From assembly GCA_907165135.1 (NCBI GenBank), contig OU015567.1:1550001-1614000 (forward strand): a stretch of 64,000 nucleotides of DNA. Reading direction: 5' to 3'. The notes beneath the pieces are model-generated. The model was not told the DNA's origin, did no database searches, and worked only from the letters and a program-made list of their open reading frames with translations. Numbering within the stretch: the first letter of the stretch is position 1; each line of letters starts with the position of its first letter. The translations under genes were made by a program, and so were the position numbers. Source of the stretch: Oikopleura dioica (lineage: Eukaryota > Animalia > Chordata). This document shows positions 59,890 through 64,000 of the stretch, in pieces.

Positions 59890-61818
59890 TTTTTATCAAA
59901 ATCAATTTTGAATCAGAAAGTCAATGAGAAGAAAAAGAAACGTGCAAACGTATTTATAGCGAGACCCAAGCGATTTAGGTGTTTTGAAAGGGCGCGAAGC
60001 CAAAAAGAACTCTCACTCCCAGAGAAATTGATTTCCAGGGTGGAAAAGGCTAAGTAAAGATAAGGAACGTGTTCGGTTTTTACTCAATTGATTTTTACTG
60101 CCTTTTTAGAGGGCGAAAAAGTACAAATCAACGAGTTTTTCTAGCCAACATAGAATTATGTTTCATTTAAAAAAAATATTTTTATTAAAGAAAAATAATT
60201 TGTATTAAGATATTTTTATTTTAAAATTGTTTTAAATTTAAAAAAAATAATTCAAAAAATACTTTTTTGTTTAAAAAAATATTTTTATTGAAAAAATTTT
60301 TTATTTTCGATTATTTGTCTTTGTTGAAAAGATGAAGCTGCAGCATAAACAAAATTGGTAAAGCATGCGATGGGGTTTATTGTTCTGCAGGTTGAGAATG
60401 AGATTGGTAATTTAAAAATTTAAATTGTTAAATAAGGACTGCCGCGGAGACGGTCCACTGCCGGCGCGCGGAAATTTCAACGGGAAGAAAGTGCCTAGTG
60501 CAGCTTGAACCACGAATTTTGTAAGCTGGGCAGTTTTTTTCAACTTTGAATTCTTCGATACATTCTTTTGGATTTTTTCTTGAAATACTTTCTACTGTTA
60601 AAATAACAGAAGGAGTTTTGAAATTCTAGTTTTTGGAGAATCGTAACAGTCGAGAAATAACGCCGGTCACGTGCTTATCGTTACCTCACTGAAAAAAAAC
60701 GTAAATTTTTCTTTATCAATCGAGCCGGGCTACTTCATCCCACTTGAGAAAAAACAGTCTGGCAGCAAGAAAATGCAGCGCGACGCTAATGATTTCATTT
60801 ATCGTCGCGTTGTTATCTCCGCCTCGGTCATTATTTACGAAAGTGTGATACCGCGTAAGCCACAGTTCCACTTGTATCATTTGGGTTAGCGGCAAGAATT
60901 CTAGACAAAAGCGTTTTACAAGGCACTTTTTTTTTGACAGAGTTTGTGTCTGTTAATACAAAAAGCCTTTCCCCCGAAGAAAAAAAGCAGAGAAATAGTT
61001 TTGTTTTCTGCTCGGCGGATTAACGATTGTCCGATCTGCCGGTACTTTGCATTATTGACCGAATTAAACAAAGGAAGTAACGTTACTAATCATCAATTAT
61101 GAAAACTTATAATTATGAGAAAAAAACTTGCTGATCTTGCGAAACTCGAAACTCAAGATCACTTAGCAGAACAACGTGTCCGAACTTGGACTTTGAGTAA
61201 AGTCGTATCCTTAACTGCCGGTCCGTACGGAAATTCTTTGGCAGATTCTTTCACCCAAATCTGTAGTGCCCCCCTGACAGAACGTTTGAACAAAAGTTAA
61301 CTCCATTACTCATTCTGTTTGTTAAAAAACCAGCGAAAGTTTGAACGCGAAATTCTAGTGCAGGGGTGCACGAGAAGTTCGATGACATTAGGAAGGTGAT
61401 TTTTTCGGCGGAATTGAATGAAATCGGCAACTGGTCGGATGGACGAAGGAAATGTCAATTAGCGAAAAAACAGGGGCAACTGGAACAGACCTGAATCTGC
61501 ACTTTTGGAAGCTGAAAAATGCGGTTAAATCCGCCGGGCTGGATGCCATCGATTCTCCAGTTCACGATGCTTTTTGATTGAACGACTCAATCTTCGATTT
61601 TTCAACCACGAATGTTTTGAAACAAGTCATCAGCGCCTCAAATAAGTCCCTTTCACGTTTGCATTTGTTTGCTTTTTTGTAGGCCAAACCACGTTTGAGA
61701 TAAAAGTGGTCTTTTAATTTTTCAACGATAAGTTGAAGATTTTTCGTAAAAGTGGAAATTACTTGTATTCTTTGAGAGATAAGAAAAAAACGAAAAGAAC
61801 TGAAAGAAGAAAGTTATT

Positions 61819-63600
61819 ATGAAACTTGGACTTTTCTTTGCAGGTAGATTCAGAATTTCTTTGTCGTATCGTTTTTTGATTGGCTCATTCTACGAATACT
61901 GGCTTCTGATTGGCTTAAAACTATTTTCTTCGATCAGGGGTTAGGGTTTGAGATAAGTTCGATTTTCTTTCGGATATTTTGAAATACAGCCACTAGGGGG
62001 CGCTTTATTCGGTTTTTAGACCAATCAGATCAAAGTATTTTCTGTCCTGTCGAATTATCAGTCTTCTATTCGCCCCAAATAAACAGTAAAAAATTAAAAT
62101 ACATTCAGTTTCATCATCAATCAAGCAAGTACAAAGCCAAGCCGGAACCGACTACCAAACAGATTTCGATGATTTCGGCAATTACGGCGACGAGGAGCTT
62201 GGTTCTGGATTTTTACAAGATTCGATGATCAACAAGCGTCTCGCACCTGGCTCAAATGTCAACCCCTTTTTTAACCTTATCCAAGAATCGGACAAGGACA
62301 CGGGCAATATTATGGAAAGGGCTAGTTTCCGGGAGCTTCTTGAGGAACGGATTTATCAGAAAGAAAATTTAGATATCAAATCTTAAAAATTGATAAAACC
62401 AAAATCAGCAAAATAAAAATCTCTTCGCATCATCCCAAAATCGACTCCAAAATCGTCCAAAGAAAAACCGTCGTGAGAAGAAAGACAAAAGAAAGCGCAA
62501 AGAGAAAGTTATGGAACCCATCATTGTGAATGAATACGGAATTGCCACAAATTATGTAGAATCTCCCTCTGAAAAAATGTCAGGCAAGGCTTTTCGAAAG
62601 AAAAATTAAGAGCTCAGAAAGCGGGATTGTTGATAAGCCAGTCTATAGACTTCCAAGGGCGGCTAGAAGGATTCAACATCAATAAATATAGCGACTCGCC
62701 GATTGTTCAAAAAATTCGACAGGCGACCATTGCCAAAGAAGTGACGATTTCAGACAGGAATCGCGAGCCTGGCGCTGGACTCAGCTCGATTAACTCTGGA
62801 AAAACAGGTTTGATTTACCCCAAATTTTTTTTTCTTCAAAATATCCCTTTTTCTAGGAGAAATCGGCAGCGAAGAACAAGCGAATGCAAAGAAACTAGAA
62901 GTGATTATGAAAATGACGATGTTTCTCCAAGCGTAAATCGTTTTTGGACTTGCTTTTCGTTTAAATTGGTTATTCAGCGATCCGAACTTCGAGAAAGTGT
63001 ACAAATACGGCTGCTGGTGCTTCCGAAACGGTGAGAAATCTGTTTTAGGTGGAAGTGGCAACACTATCGATGGAGCAGATAGAGCTTGCAAGGCGTACCA
63101 GCAGTGCCACAAATGCATGGACAATGACTACAACGATTGCCCAGCTTGGGTGCCCTATCGCTTCGAAGGTATACAATAATCCACGTCAAACGAAAACCCC
63201 TACTTTTAGGTAAAATAAACGATGATGGAAGAAAGACGATCACATGCCTGAATCAAGAAGGAAGTTGCCGTCGAAATCACTGTGAGTGCGACAAAAAACT
63301 CGCCGAAGATCTCGCTCTTCATGAAATGACCTTGAATCCTTTGAACAGACGAGATTTTGGATTTGAGCCGGAGCAAGCTTGCAAAAAGTAAGGATCATAA
63401 CTTATGATTCATAAGCGCAAGAAATACTGATTGATCCAATTTTGTAGAGCTGATTCAAGAAGCATTTCCACCAGCCATGCGACGGAGACAAGTTGCTGTG
63501 GTGTTTATCCGAACAGATTTCCGTAAGTATCATAAATAACAGTCTTTAAATTGATTTTAACTTGAATTAAGGGTACTACCGTCGATTACCCCAATGACCG
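61819..63600 (+). CDS. Secreted phospholipase A2-fold protein lacking the catalytic His-Asp; 3' end may extend further
   Basis: MKLGLFFA signal exon; KYGCWCFR...GSGNTIDGADRACKAYQQCHKC; TCLNQEGSCRRNHCECDKKLAE; CCGVYPNRFP. Confidence 0.8.
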
Positions 63601-64000
63601 GTTATGTTAAATTTTTCATCGGAAATGAATTCCTCATAAAATTTTGACCAAAAAAGGTTCGAACGTTTCATTCATAAAGTCAACCGTTTTCATAATAATA
63701 AGAGTTTTAATTTATTTCTGTACTAGAAAGAATTTTTTCCGAAAAAAATTTTGGTGTCCGATACTTTCAAATAAGGGCTCGATTTGAAGCTTAGAACAAG
63801 ATGAGGATTATGGTAAGATCATTAATTCTTGAACTAAGATATTTTAGCTTCTAGAGACAAAAATGCGTCGCCAAATTTTGAAAAATGCTCAATTTTAGCA
63901 AAATCATAGAGACACAATTTTCAAAAAATTAATTTTGGTATTTTTCTTTTTTCAATCAAGAAAACCTTCTGTCATTTTTAAGATGAAGGTTCAATTTACA

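Noticed and set aside
60300-61700. Possible gene between the two PLA2-like genes (ORFs 60671-60889 and 61115-61300)
   Set aside because: Short ORFs with no recognisable motif, and I could not build a consistent splice path; left unannotated.
1-64000. Prokaryotic or viral origin, or a prokaryotic defence system
   Set aside because: Pervasive spliceosomal introns and metazoan genes (ONECUT, Cys-loop channel, PUF60); no rRNA or tRNA genes recognised.

Overview
Eukaryotic, AT-rich, very gene-dense DNA with many ~40-50 nt GT-AG introns and closely packed co-oriented genes. The style is most consistent with the appendicularian tunicate Oikopleura (inference). Recognisable genes: SURF4 (3' part), Miro/RHOT, ONECUT, an orphan cation-type Cys-loop channel, PUF60, an S100-like protein, GMPPA, a bZIP factor, a SEA/mucin-like protein, kelch-like genes and two divergently transcribed, catalytically dead PLA2-fold genes. 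Mobile DNA is abundant: at least eight MITE-like insertions with several TSD signatures, and a 4.9-kb LTR retroelement with apparently identical LTRs nested in a hAT-type foldback MITE. The most unusual observations are (i) a kinase-like domain followed by a papain-like domain with Q/C/H/N at exactly papain spacing (38695-40980, one frameshift between them), (ii) a roughly 8-10-fold, strand-specific excess of GCTC across the decayed interior of the LTR element, which also carries an intact orphan ORF between duplicated polypurine tracts, and (iii) an intronless prepropeptide-like gene nested antisense in a myristoylation-motif gene. Exon boundaries were read by eye and are approximate; no database searches were run.
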